Assembly (NCBI GenBank): GCA_043228905.1
Contig: JBHGNT010000015.1
Location: forward strand, 18,600,001-18,664,000
Source of the DNA: Azolla caroliniana
Taxonomy: Eukaryota; Plantae; Polypodiophyta
Direction of reading: 5' to 3'
Length of the DNA stretch: 64,000 nt
Under the pieces are notes generated by a model that worked only from the letters and a program-made list of their open reading frames with translations, made no database searches and was not told where the DNA came from. A program made the position numbers and the translations under genes. This document shows positions 13,578 to 27,549 of the stretch, piece after piece; position 1 is the first letter of the stretch; each line of letters begins with the position of its first letter.

Positions 13578-13847
13578 ATGAAAAGTCAAAAGACTTTCCA
13601 CAAGTTCACTTATGGTACTTTTGTCATTGGAGTTCATTTTTGTTTTTTGAACATTGAAAAGTCAAAAGACTTCTGACAGGTTCACTTATGGTACTTTTGT
13701 CATTCCACTGTGGATGAAGGGATGATTGAGAGCCATGATATTCATTGGCCTTGATTGTGATGGGGTTGTGCAAGTTGTTCTTTATGTAGAACATATTGGC
13801 ATTGTGCAAGTTGTTCTTTATGTAGAGCATATTGGCATTGTGCAAGG
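13578..13847. repeat. Local tandem duplications (~76-bp pair and 36-bp pair)
   Basis: tgaaaagtcaaaagactt...cacttatggtacttttgtcatt occurs twice; ttgtgcaagttgttctttatgtaga.catattggca occurs twice. Confidence 0.85.
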
Positions 13848-15919
13848 TGTTCCTTTCATACTGTGGATTGTGTTAATGCATGATTTTGCTTGTGATATCA
13901 CTACATAACAACAAGCCAAATATGAAATTGATTAGTTACAAGATAAATACCATTTGGCACATCATGGTCATAGACATTGGTGGTGATGGTGATAATGTAG
14001 CTTGTTAACTCATTGTTGTTGAAGATCATAGATTCATGCTTAGGTTGTTGGTTTAATGACTAATTCACAAAGCTTCCTTGTTTACTTTGTTCACATATAC
14101 TTGCAAATTGCAATTGGTTTGTTTTGTGGGCTCCTGATGTGCATGTTAGCTTCTTGAGCACATTGTCAACATTTGAGTGTACGGGTTACTTAAAAGGAAA
14201 TCATGTCCAAAAGTTTTAAAATACAGTAACATGAATTTTGCATGTGGCAAGTTGTTCAATTCAAAATTAAAGAATGAAAACAAAAAAATAAATTATGATA
14301 CAAATTAAAGTAGGGATATAGAGGTGTATGCTAATGCTTTTTGGGAAAGGACATTGTGTGGGCATATGGGTGTATGCAAGTATATTAGAGATAAGATCTT
14401 AAGTACTTACCATCATGCCTTTTGTATAGGGAAGTACTATTTGAAGCATGGAAGTATCTTATTAGGGTATTTGATCTCCAATTCCCTCGAAAATTAATGT
14501 TGCCCCATTGTTGTAAGCTCAACTAATGTGAGGAGGGGGTATTGACAACAACAATCGAGTATGTTTACAACTCAATGCTTGCAATTTGTTACATACTCTC
14601 ATGGTAATCCAACCTAGAATGTGTGAGAAGTTCATATGTTTATAATCTACCTCACAAAGCTACATACAAAAGATGATATTATTATGAAGTCATGCATCGA
14701 GAACAACAAAATGGAGTTAGGAAAACGATCTATGAGAAAAGAGATACCTTCTTGGGTTCTCATACATCATCAATGCATTCATGAACAAAACATTACTCAG
14801 CATTGAAATTATTGGAATGATTGATGAAAGGTCTATCTAATACAATTGATTTGCTATTAGACCCATGTTTTTAAACTATGTTAATAAGAACGTTGTAAAG
14901 TGAGTCCATAAGGTGCGGGATAGCGTGCTTCATTAAGCTAGGAGCTCATTATCTTAGAGGTAAAGTATCTAATACCGAGATGCATTTCAACATTTTACTA
15001 ATATCAAGTAATGCTTTCAGCTAGGATCAATAAGACAAGCCCAAGGATCAATGTTCTTCTGTAATAAAATATCTTCTCTAGTGTGACTCGTGAGTGAGTG
15101 AGTGAGATTGAGCACAAGCATAAATTATGATTCTAGAGTAGGGAATAACAAACCGTGTCTATAATATCTTAAGAGTTAACAAAAATATTCCCAAATTTAG
15201 ATTCATTAACAACCACCCTTCGTTTTCTAAGTTTTGATTCTGTATCTTGACCAGAGGAAAAAAATTAAATATGAAGTTTCATATGAGTTTGAGAATGTCG
15301 TTTATTGAATATTCTAACATTGGGTGCACCATGTGTCGGAAGTCTTGATATATTATAAAGGCTAATTTTGTGATTGGGGCTGGCGACATGCACTCAAAAC
15401 GCTTCCAAATATGGGCCAACTACATCATTTGATGGGAGAGACACATGTGCTACCTATAGAAAGCTGAGAGATACAGAGCGAGCATGGGTTATCCACCCCT
15501 TATATTCACATCAATGTGTTCGAATGTTAGGTAATGCCTACGATGTTCTTTCATAGGCAATGCTTGCGTTTTTGTCCTCCATGCTCTAGGGATTTCACAC
15601 ATTTGAACTTGCCAAAAAGTCTCTTCTTTTTTATTTTTTGATCGGGCAATATCCAGGCACAAGTATGAAATGGACAACCTTATGCTACATGCAATGAAAA
15701 TCATTTACAAGCACCACATGACAAATAGCCCAACTTGATTTGAAGCAACACATTGCACAAAATGAAGTTCAGCTACAAACACTACATATATCGAAGCAGT
15801 ACATGTTTAAAAACTGGGATACAACATTGTTGCAATGAATACAAAACCGAAAACTTTATGCAAATTGCAACGAAACTTGTTCATCCATAATCACTTATGA
15901 GGATGCAACGGTCGCGGTA

Positions 15920-16152
15920 GTGTGACTATACATGATTCTTGTAACTTTAGGCCCTCATTTAGTAGAGTCATACAATATATTGCAACAAGTTGAACTCCCT
16001 ACTTATGGCTAGCAAACCAACACCATATGTAACTCTCGCAATAGTGTTTGTGTGACTATGCATAATAAGTCTTGTCACTTTAGGCGCTCATTTAGTAGAG
16101 TCACATCGTATATGTCAACACCTTGAATTCCCTACTTATGGCTTGCAACCAA
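15920..16152. repeat. Diverged ~130-bp tandem duplication
   Basis: gtgtgactat...ctttagg.cctcatttagtagagtca...ccctacttatggct at 15920 and 16050. Confidence 0.85.
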
Positions 16153-16543
16153 TGACAAAGCCCAGAAATAGCACACTCTGAATCATGCTTCTAGGTTTGT
16201 CGGAGGCCAATCTTATACCAAACAAGTCTACCCCTCCTGATGAAGTTGAACTTGATGGATACAAGTTACAAAAGCAAAGCACCGAATCGTGTTATCGTAA
16301 GGGCTAGAAGGACTGCCATTTTGTGATATGCGGAACCTAAACTGTTACAAGCAAAGCATTATCCTATGCTAACCGAAGTCTAAAAGGCATATATAAGGCA
16401 AGTGTGACCCAAGTTACACATGATCACAACATAACCTAAATTACAATTGAACTCTTCCCGACCGGGACGGGCACCCGAAACACTTGGGTCGTGTCCACAC
16501 TGTTGGGTCTTCTATGTTTGGGATGGGTTGGTTTGTTGAAGGT

Positions 16544-17473
16544 TTAAGTGGCAGCAGTGAATGTGACAGGAGATGGTGAAGAAGAAGAAGAAGTAGTAGT
16601 AGAAGTAGAAGAAGAATCCTTCTTCATATTCAGCCATGGGTGAATGAGCAAGTCCCTTAGCTTCATCCTTCTATATGGGTTTCTCTGCAACATACCTTTC
16701 AACAGAGACTTTGCATCCTGGGAGATGCATGGCCATGGCTCCTTCTTGAGGTCAAGCCTACCCCTCCTAATGGCAAGGAAGAGATGGCCAATGTCTTGAC
16801 CAGTGAAAGGAGCATAACCAGAGAGCATGACATACAAGAGCACCCCAAGGCTCCACACATCGACCATCTCATCGTAACCTTGGCCCGACAAGACCTCGGG
16901 GGCCATGTAGGGGGCGGTCCCCTCGGCCTCCCAGAGGAAACCGTGGTGCCGCTCCTTTCCGGAAGGATCCTTTCCGGAAAGATCCGCGGCCGACCCGAAG
17001 TCGGCAAGCTTGATTGTGTGGGCCGCGATCGGATTGGTCCTCGCGGGTGCCGAGACTAATAATATGTTCTCGGGCTTCACATCCCGGTGAACAATGCCCC
17101 GGCCGTGGCAAAACATGATGGCCCCCGCGACTGCCGCCATCACCTCCGATGCGGCTGCCTCGGGGAGCGGCCCGTGGCCATGGATGTACTCGTACAAATC
17201 CCCGCCCTCACAAAGCTCGGTGAGCACGTGCACCCATCGCTCGTCCTCCCATGACCCCCGGTATGAGACTATGTTCGGGTGGCCACCCCGGAGCCGCTCG
17301 AGGAACGCGATCTCGCTCTTCGCGTGCCGGGCCGCCCCGGGCTCCCATTTCGGCACGGATTTGCATGCGTAGACGCGCCCTGACAGTCGGTGCGTGCACA
17401 CCCGGACGATCCCATCCATCCCTTCGCCCAACTGGCGCCCAAGTATGTAATCCGTACCAAGTTCCGGCTCCAT
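16544..17473 (-). CDS. Intronless CDPK/PEPKR/PPCK-related Ser/Thr kinase, catalytic domain only (309 aa)
   Basis: GxGxxG loop, ACK lysine, TELCEGGDL, HRDVKPEN, DFG, GTAPYMAPE, DVWSLGV and EPWPCIS..AK..HPW are all intact. There is no junction or EF-hand domain. Confidence 0.9.
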   Translation of the reverse strand: MEPELGTDYILGRQLGEGMDGIVRVCTHRLSGRVYACKSVPKWEPGAARHAKSEIAFLERLRGGHPNIVSYRGSWEDERWVHVLTELCEGGDLYEYIHGHGPLPEAAASEVMAAVAGAIMFCHGRGIVHRDVKPENILLVSAPARTNPIAAHTIKLADFGSAADLSGKDPSGKERHHGFLWEAEGTAPYMAPEVLSGQGYDEMVDVWSLGVLLYVMLSGYAPFTGQDIGHLFLAIRRGRLDLKKEPWPCISQDAKSLLKGMLQRNPYRRMKLRDLLIHPWLNMKKDSSSTSTTTSSSSSPSPVTFTAAT

Positions 17474-17485
17474 GGAGTGCGAGGA

Positions 17486-17694
17486 CTAGGGTTAGGGTTA
17501 GGGTTAGGTTTATGTTTAACGGTTTTACGAATTCGAGTACCAAATGAAGCTGTGATTTGCACAATTAGAGTGGCGCTAGGGTCAAGGGTCAATGCGGAAG
17601 CAATGGCAATTGGGGAATATTGTGGGGATCCGATCGGCATGGGGAGGTTGGTTTTTGTTTTTTTGTATATGTAGAATTAGGGTTAGGGTTAGGG
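17486..17694. repeat. Two short (TTAGGG)3 tracts (17486-17508, 17677-17694) in the kinase 5' region
   Basis: Direct reading. Confidence 0.85.
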
Positions 17695-20600
17695 TAAGTG
17701 TGGACTGCTTGGATATTAGTGAGTATTTATGGGCATTGTTGTGTGCATTTTAAAATGGCACCAAAAGTTGGTTAGGAAATAGGTCAGGAAGATTCAAAAG
17801 AAAAGGATCAACTTTTCATGCCACCCTAATATCACCAATATATATATATAACTACATACATATAGATTCTATGGGACGTTTCGTTGTGAACGGGGCCAAT
17901 GGGGGGATACGAAATAAATGGCCATGTGCAACCCAACCTTAACACTTTAGTCGGTCTCAAATAAAGTGTGAAGGAAGCTACAATGAAGTGAGAGATAGAG
18001 TCTAGATGGTTATAGCTCAATGGATAAGGCCATCTAGCACATATCACAATACTTAGCTCAATCAATGAAATTGGATACATACAATTGATAGCAATGCATG
18101 TTACAAATAGGGTACAAGCTCGTTAATAAAAGAAAAGCTAGAGATGGCATTGACATGGGTGCCCCAAATGGAACCATACAAGGAATTTTAATTGTCGACT
18201 CCCTCGCTTCAGTCTTATGAACGGACGTAAACAAAACTTGTGTCACTTTAGGACAACGAATGTGTTTCAAGTGTGTTATGGTGGCCCCTCATGGTATATG
18301 TCTTCAAACAACAAGCAATTGACAACATTTTCATGATACATTCCTGACATACTATCACAAATTTCTTGATTCGCCGTTATGAGTTGCTTTTAAGCAGAAT
18401 GATATATTTCTGCTCTCTTTCTCTCTCATCAATATGTGCACACACACGCAGAAAGTCAATTCATAAACATTGTTCAATAAAGACTTTTGAAATCCCTCCA
18501 TACATCTAGGGTACTAGGCGGGTTTTGAGAGAGAAAGAGAGAGATGGTGGTCAAACACTATGTACCAACAAGATTGGAACTAAGTCGTCCGTCATTATTT
18601 ACGCAAACAAATAAAAACTAAATGCTCACTACTATTAGTATACAAGAAACACTAATATTGATGTGCATTTCATGCTATTGATTATTAATTTTGAGCATAG
18701 CTCTATGTATCCGCATTTAAGTGAGTATAAAATACAAAAACATGTAGGGCAACACGTCCTATCATACCAAAGTAATATGCACCATATATGTAGCTTGTTT
18801 GCTTATTAGAAAAAATGAAAATTAACAAACACAAAGTAGAGATGAAAAGGTTAGATTGTTGATGTTGGTCCATATCCATATGATGCCTCATCTCAATCTC
18901 TATTGTATTATTGCACTTGAGAACCCATCATTCTAGCCTCATACGTTCACCAATTATGGATGTATGTATTTGTGAAGAGGATGTCTTGTTCTTCTTTGAG
19001 CTGCCCTAAAACGCGTCCTAGCCGTAAGTTATTCAGTTCTCTCTAAGGTAATCCATCCATTTAGTTAAAAGCTTGTTTGCTTCTAGTGTTCTCGAATCTT
19101 TATTTGGTATTTAGGTTAGCTGTAAGGATTCTAGAATGTGTGTGAAACAAGTAAAGTTAAGACATCAATGATGCGTGGATCATATATTTATCTATTCTCT
19201 TTGTTTATTTAGTTTGCCATTTTTATGAGACTCTTAAACCTTGTCCATAAACAAAATAACATGGACTTGCCAAATATTATTTTACAATATTCGATCATCT
19301 TAAAATATTCCAACTTCGGGTGACCAAGGTTTCTCAAGGGGAAAGTTTTTTGCTAGTTTTGAATCAACGTAAAATAAACAACATGCCATTTTTACGAATT
19401 TAATAGACTTACGCAAGGTTTTGAAATATGTTAGAATAAGGAATTCGACGTAATATTATACAAAAGTAAGCTAGTTGTTATGAATTTCTGAAAGGTTATC
19501 TAAATTCCCTATACTCAATTTATAGAGTTTCATTACATGTGAGTTCATGCAATTCCTCATGTTTTACCTAAATCACATCTCCATGCAATAGCGCATGTGT
19601 TTCATTACTTACACAGCTATTCTTCTATTCCACTAACTGGATGAATGTAATGAAAACAATAACATTTTAATCAAGAAATCTATGCGCTTGAAGTGCCAAC
19701 TTGGATTGCATCCAGTATGATGAATCAAACCAATTATAGTAACCAAAAATCTGTCTTATGGTATACTTTTGCTACAAGGGGAGTACTTTTCCCAATGCAT
19801 GCTACACCAATAAAGTCCAATAGACTGGGTTATGCCTTGAACAACTAACTTTGTACCAACACACAAACCCTCTTTATATAAGAGCTATGAGTAGACTACA
19901 TTAGTGTGTTCATGAGTTAAGGTTTCTTCAATTTCTTCAAAGATATATTGAGGGTAACACTTCTTTCTCAAAGGAACTTACACGTTTGAGTATGCTACCA
20001 CCATATCAAAGGCTATGTCTGAAGGCTAAAACGGAAGTGTATACCATAGGGATTGATAGGTATAGTTCAAGTTGCTAAGTGAACCCCGTTCAACCTTGGC
20101 GGGTTGCTTGATGAGGATTATTTTGCTTGCACCATTATTCACATATGTTGATAATTATCCCTACCAATTGTGGATTGATGTTGAGGTTGTTGGTTTCGTC
20201 TTATGTTCTCGAATGGAAATGCTATAGGTTTCGTCTTACGTCAAATGTATTCTATCAAGAGGAAGGTGCTTGCATGCATGTGTGCGTGTAAGAGAGAGAG
20301 GGAGAGAGAGGAAATAAGTTATTGTTTGATAGTCTCCTTAGATTACTAGAACAATAGGTAGGGTTAAAAGATAATTGATTTAGCATGCCCCCCCCATATG
20401 AACATGTTGGGCACATTGTATTTAAAAGGCCTTGCTTTTATGTCAACTAGTCTTGCATCCCCTCAGTAAATCCTCCCACTTGTGGGGACATTGAGGTTTG
20501 GTTTGTTTGTAATATATATACCACTTTTTGCCTGGAACCAAACAAAGAGTTTATATATCGATATATGGTGATGATATATTGGTGTGTGAGCTTGTGAACT

Positions 20601-22250
20601 CATGAAACCATACAAATTTGTAATACATAAAATGTGTAGGGAGATACTATCTAGCGAAAGTGTGTAAGTTTCGTGTGGAAGTAAATTTCTCTTAGCAAGA
20701 ATAGAAAGAATAACTCAATGAATGTATTTAAATCACAACGTAAATATTCAAAATATACAATTTGAGATTCTTAGGCTCTATTAAGAAAACTAACTAGTGG
20801 CACCTAGTGACATTGCCCTTGGGGCAAACCGACAAAGAATAGGAATCTTGTAGCTATTGATTAATGCTATACATTCCATTCAATTGAAGAAAATTAATGA
20901 GTTTGTATTGTATGTTATTTTATAAAGATAATGGACCATTGAAAGGAAAAATAATGTCATCAAACAATCATTATAGGCCATAAAAATGTAAAGTTTATTT
21001 GGAAGATAATTTGCATGTCATAATCAGACTAAGTGTTAGACATCGGATGTCATAGTGGGATGGTCGGAGACTCCATTATTCTTGTGATGTTGCAATGTAG
21101 TTTATGTTTTTCCTATGGGGTTCCCAAATGACTTTGTCATGCATGAGACATTATTTTTAGGTATTTATCTTACTTTTTGCATTGGTTTCTTCAGAAGCAT
21201 TTAATCCAAAACATGTCATCTACAAATTTATGTCCCGATACCCTCATTGACATGTACTGTATTCTCTAAATTATAGCAAAAATATAAGAACACTACTACA
21301 TAGTTTCATTGGTTTTTCATACTTAGGTAGCCAAATAATTGAAACTTCAAGCTCGTGTTGAAGGTTTCATGAAAGCCATCATAATCAAGTTGTGTCTTAA
21401 TCTGCTCAATCATGTCCCATTCGCAAGCAGCACTCTTATTTCTTTTTATACAGTCTATATGGTGTGTTGCGATAAATCAAGGAAAAACAAGTGCGATTCT
21501 TTATGACTAACAATGTGGTATTATTTACTGATATCACAGTAAAATCATGGATCGTTGTATAGAATCCAATCACATGCATCAGTATATTTATAGAACACTT
21601 CAAAAAATTGATTGTATGCCTTAAGAGTTTCTCCATTATCACATCACTTGATCTACATCAGCTGGCAATACGCAATTAAGTAAACATCATGCATGTTCTC
21701 ATGCAATGTGTTCGATGGAAATTGCCTACCAATGTTTTTTCTATGGTACAAAACATCACACCAATGTCTTAGTCCTATTCTTACAAATGAGTATGACAAA
21801 AAGTTGCGGCATTTAGGATGTTTCAACAGTTTTCCATAAACAAAGGAATCCAAATAATATCTAAAATCCCATTTACCATTCAAAATCACTTATTTCCCAG
21901 AAACATCTGAAATCAACTGACTAATTCAAGGCCAACAATTTGTTATCACTAACCAGCCACCCAATGAATGCAAACAATATGGCACTTTGAAGACAAACAA
22001 CATATCAAACATAATCAAAAGATTAATAAAAATAAAACAATGCCACTCAAGTAAAAAGTGGTCTACAACAAACTCTATAGAAAATGATACACATTTTGAT
22101 GCACATGAAGGAAGTGCACTCATAGTAAGAAACAATGACATACATTTTGGTACATTTGAAGTACGAGAGGGTTATCTTCATCAGCAAATGAAGAAAATGG
22201 AAGGCTCCATTGATCCTAAGAGCTTTGGAGGCGTTGTTGGCATTTGTTTC

Positions 22251-25200
22251 TTAGGAGAAGAAGATATGGCGAGCTGTGTGATGGAACAATAACATTGCCT
22301 GTACATATAAACGAGTTGAGTATCAAATCATATACAAATAAATATCAACCACAAAGAGTAATAATACAAAAAGTCGAATCTTACTTGTTTCTTGGTAATT
22401 CCAATCTTTTCAAGGTCTTCAATCTGGTAAAATAGTTACAAATAAGATTTCTATGCTGAAAGCAATAAATAAAGAGATGCATTTGGTGTTTGCATATAAT
22501 TTTACCAGAGTGTACGAAACCTTGACCTAAATTTGTTGACATTGTTTCATTTAATATATTTTAATGTTTTCATTCCAAAAACATCTCAACTTTCAGAAGT
22601 AAAAGAAGTCAATCTTGAGATTATCCGAAAACAATTGCAACGATGTTACGAATGCTTTGTATGCTTCAAATAAAAACACTGAATAAAAAAGTGACAGATG
22701 GTCATGAAGGACGGATTTACCTCCTTTAATGGTTCAGAAGACTCTTCCCTTAGGCTTAGAATATATTCAGCTCGTTTATCTCCAATTCCCTGAATGGTAT
22801 CACAAAGCCAGATGCTTAGAAACCTTTTTTTCCAACTGATCTAATACATAATGACAGATGTGTATCAATTGCATCAAAAGCTTACATTGCATGGTCAAAA
22901 TGTCTCAATATATACATTAGGCAACATCAAGATTCATGTTAGGCAAAATCATTTAAAAAGATTGTAATAACTCTTCATCTTTACTTACTGAATACTGAGA
23001 TATTAAAATATTCAAAAGTAAAAATTTTAAAGGTGATTTTCGCATAATGCAAATGCAGATAATGCAAAAGCATCGAGGGATTACAACACAACGAATTCTC
23101 CTATTGTGGATTTACGTGAAAAACAGTATCAATATGTAAACCCTTCCTTAACTTCAGTTTCAAAATAGAGACAAGTCTATATCTTCAACTTGAAAATGCA
23201 AATTATGCTAATCTGGATTTTTTAATTATGACATTGGAATACATGATAGTTCTACAGTCCCAAATGAAGAAAGCAAGCTTTACAAAATATAAACCACTCC
23301 TTACCTTCATTGCAAGAAGCTCATCCCTGCATAGAAGAAGAAAACAATATTTAGTCTCAATTTGTGAGAGCTTGAAAACCCCAACTTGAGTAACTACAAG
23401 AAAGGAGTCAAACCTGCTAGCAGTGTTGAGAAATGCAATGTACTCTTTTGCAATGGTATTCTGTCAAAGAACGAAAGCTTTAATACCTTATATAAAAGAT
23501 TTTATTTTAAGTGTCTTAGTGTCACAGATCTTAAGACACTTAATGCCACAGCTTGTAATTTATTTATTTTATTTTAAGGGATGAACCTTAATGCCACAGC
23601 TCTTCATATTTAGCTTCTCTAAAGGTGTGTTTGCACTAATCTCCTCCATTTCTGTAGCACAATATGGACTGGTCTGTTGTGATTTCACGGGAGATATTAT
23701 CTTACTTATAGTTGACAATGGCTCTTTTGCATGTATTACATCATTATCATGGATAGGTTGGATAATCTCTCTCATTGCAGCTCGTAAATTGTGCAAACGT
23801 TCACTGAGAGGTGGCGAGGACGATTTCATCGTTGGCTTCAAATTTGGCGTGAACATATTCTTCCAATCATTCTCCTTATCAACCATGGAAGTTGTAATAA
23901 CTGAAGCATTCTCATCCATAGTTCTTTCCCCGTGAAACTCAATCAGATGATTGCATTTATCGTAAACATTATCTTTATCCTGGGACAGCATTTTGTTGTC
24001 AATCACCCCTTGGTGCTTGGCCTTTTGACATAAAGCTGGTGTTGTGTCTGTTCCATTTTCCTGGTAAAATGTAATGTGATGAAAACCTCCCGGTAGTGTC
24101 AATCATTTGTACAAATATGTATCCAGGCAAAAAGACTTTCCGTACCTTTTCATGGCCACAATTTGGTTGGTGTGCAATAAGGACTCTTCTGCAAGAGGAG
24201 GACATATCCCATAAGTAAGCAAATACCTCTCATTTGTAGTTAATTAATTGATGTGAGAGCAATGAAGTTCTTTTCTACTGACCTGGCCTTTGGAGAATCT
24301 TTCGGGATACCTCTCTCTAACCGCCTCAGTTGATTGATGTGGTGATGAGAAGGTGTGTGGAAAAGCGGTTTCCCTTTCCCCATTGTGGATACAGATGGAA
24401 AGACTTTGCCTTTAGCTTCCCGCCACGCTTGTAGTTTTTCTCCCATATCAATTTTTGGCTGTGGATCTTTCTTATCAATGTTCTGATTGATAATCTGTCT
24501 TGAACGAGTAGCAAGGCTCAAGGTATGAGCAGCCTCATTATATGATCTTGGGTTCTAAAACAAAATAAATGAGAACATACGATTAAGACTTGTATAAAGC
24601 AGATATGACTTGGGGAAAAATCCCAATATTTTTCTTTATCTCCGAACTGCCCTAAGTTTTCCTGCTATATGAGCACTATTTGGTCTATTCATTCCTTTTC
24701 TGGTCACCTCAGAAGTTTCCCGTGGTGGCATCCATGTAAATAGCCACAAATTATGGACATATCTAAGAAAACTCAGAGATTTTCAGAGTTTGCACCTAAA
24801 ACTTAATAGACATACCAAATTAACATTGGAAAAATTCATTTCCTTTACCAGGCAAGCAATCATAATAGCACGTGTCCTGCCACCGAGAGAGTCCTGGAGA
24901 ATCCGAGTAAGTTTGCTATCTCTGTATGGTACCCGTGATTCATTCGAATTCAAGGCATTAATAACATTGGACAATGCAAAGAGAGACTGATTGATGCTAG
25001 AACTCTCAACAAGTCTAACACCATCATTGCCTGTTCTTTTGTTATCTTCATTTCCTGTTAATAATCAACATTATATGTTAGGTACCTATAAGTACTGCTC
25101 CAAAAAATAGGCAAAAATATAATTGAAAAGTTGAGATTTTGGTGCACTTAATTTTGTGCGGATTTTCTATAACCTTTAAAACTTGCTATAAATGATTTAC

Positions 25201-27142
25201 ATCTAGTGTGTCCTCAATGAGCTTCCTTATTTTTCAGTGGCTGTTCCATAGTATTTATTATTATTACCTGCCAAGTCAATGAGATTCAACTTGCCCAAAA
25301 CTGCACCACTCTCAGCATTTGTTACCGATACTGTTAGCACACCATGGCTGCGACTTGACACATCATTCAGACCAGTTTGTCCAACTTTTCGCCGCATACA
25401 GCCATTGACAAACAATTTCCTGAATTCATTCAGTGTTTTAACATGCACCTGAGGACCAGAACAGCAAATTAATACTAAAATTTGACATTAAAATGTGATG
25501 ATATCATATTTATGTCTGTACAAGAAACATTGCCTGAGAAAGGCCACGCAATTGTATTTTTCCTTCGTTATTTTCCAGGACTGACACCTCGGTGCTTTTA
25601 TCCTCCAACAAGTCATAGCAACGTTCCATATAAACTTCATAATAAGCAACCTGCACTTGGGCATGGTTTGCCTCCGCCATAGAAAGAATACTTGTCATTG
25701 CTAAGGGCATTAGGCCAGGTCGTTCATCCAGACCCTATGCGCAAAAAAAACAGTAACCTTATTACAAAATAAGATTTCGCATCTAGCACACATGGCAATA
25801 ATTTAAATTGAGGAAAGCATTCAAAATGACTCTCTGTGTGGGGTAGGGACTGTACTGAAATGAAAAAGTATACAGAACATACACCTTGATCTGTTGTATG
25901 TCCACTGTATATATGTACCAAACATAGCTTAAATTTGTCTTTAAAATCTTTTTGCATGACTTCAAAAAGCTTTAAAACATGTAAGGTTTCACAGCTCAAT
26001 TATCAATGTTTGTTGAGCAAGATTGCCAGATCATGTTCACAAATACAATTCCAAGAGTTTTTAGTGTAATAAGATCCGAGCTTCAAAGCACAAACCTTAT
26101 TTCAACTCCACAGCTTCTGTTGGCTTAAAATTAGTTGTGTTAACTTTTTCATATCGTACGTACATAAATAAAAAGTAACGTGCTTTCGTTCGTATAAACT
26201 AGAATACCTGCATGGTGTATGTCTTCCCACTGCCTGTTGCACCATAGGCAAACACTGTTGCATTCTGTCCTTGGAAGAGCATGGGCAAGATAGGCTCCAC
26301 TTCGTTAGCAAATATGCCACTAATCTCGTCTTCTTCACCATAGCAAGAATCGACTTTATAATTTCCTTCCCGACTAGCAACAGTATATCAAAATCAATCA
26401 GCTGGGTATAAATGAATATCAAACTCAAACCAATCAATTTCAAACTCAAATTAGAGTTGTGCCCCAAAGTTAAATCAAGCTTTTACTAGCCCAAGCTCTG
26501 GGTGAGGTTTTAATCTTACGATAAGAACTTCCCCTCAGATAAGTTTACTAACAAACCTACAACCTTCTGAGCAAGACTGTCTTTTTCTTTATCATTATTT
26601 ATTGACTTGCCCTAGAGGTATGTTATTAAGCTATCAACACAATGTATTGGGATCAAATATGTACAGAAAGATCCCTCAGATTCACGAGGGATTCTGTATC
26701 AGAGAAGATAATAATTATGTGCATTTCTCGTCCAGATGAAAGATGTGCCCAAACAAACAATACAGACAGATTCTTGAATCTGTCTCGGAATCGCAAAACT
26801 ATGAGGCGATTAAAAGAGTATCAAGAATAGATATACAGGCAGACAGACAAATTCTTGGAGGAGCCTTGAAGGGAAAAGAAGGCAGAAGTCTGACCTGGTA
26901 ACAGTATCCTTGATGTGGAGGGTCTTTTCATCGGCGAGGTCGTCGGAGAAGGAGATGCAGGAGGAAGAACCATGGTGTTCGATCTCGGAAGGGAGGAGGG
27001 GCCGAACCCTAGCCACGACGCGGACCTTGCCACTGCCGGAGGGGCAGCGAAGGGTGGGGGTGCGCAGGAGGGAGGAAGGGCGGGGGGAGAGAGGGGCGAA
27101 CCGCGGCTTGGCTGCAGGGGTGGAGGCATGGGTGAGAGCCAT
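22251..27142 (-). CDS. KIN10: Kinesin-10 family motor (KIN10B/C-like) with C-terminal helix-hairpin-helix
   Basis: 13 coding exons: 27142-26895, 26373-26208, 25734-25534, 25448-25268, 25054-24849, 24554-24283, 24188-24146, 24060-23587, 23460-23414, 23326-23305, 22789-22721, 22423-22385, 22298-22251. Motifs: [58 protein letters not shown] and Hh[24 protein letters not shown]. Confidence 0.93.
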
Positions 27143-27549
27143 GGCGATGGCGAGAGGACAGATCGGTCAGAGTGGGGGAGGAAGACACAGAGAAGGAGAC
27201 AGAGCGGCGATGGAAGCTTGAATTTCTCTCTCTCTGTCTGTGTGATACGGAAAGATCGAAGACACAGAGAAACAGAGAGAAACAGAGAGACGTTGAGAGA
27301 GAGAGAGATTTGAATGCTCTGTTTTTCTGTTTTTGAATTATGTAAAGCTTTCTTCTTTCTTCTTTCTTCTTCTTTCTTCTTCTTTTTCAAAATGAAGCTA
27401 CTTTCCCCATTACTTAGGAAGGATTATTACAAGGAGACTCACTACCTACACAAGGAAGCTTATACACATATCAAGATCAAGAAAATGAGACTACTTTCTT
27501 AGATAGTCTTTCAAACCGACTACCTTAAAGTAAGTATATACCTCTATAA

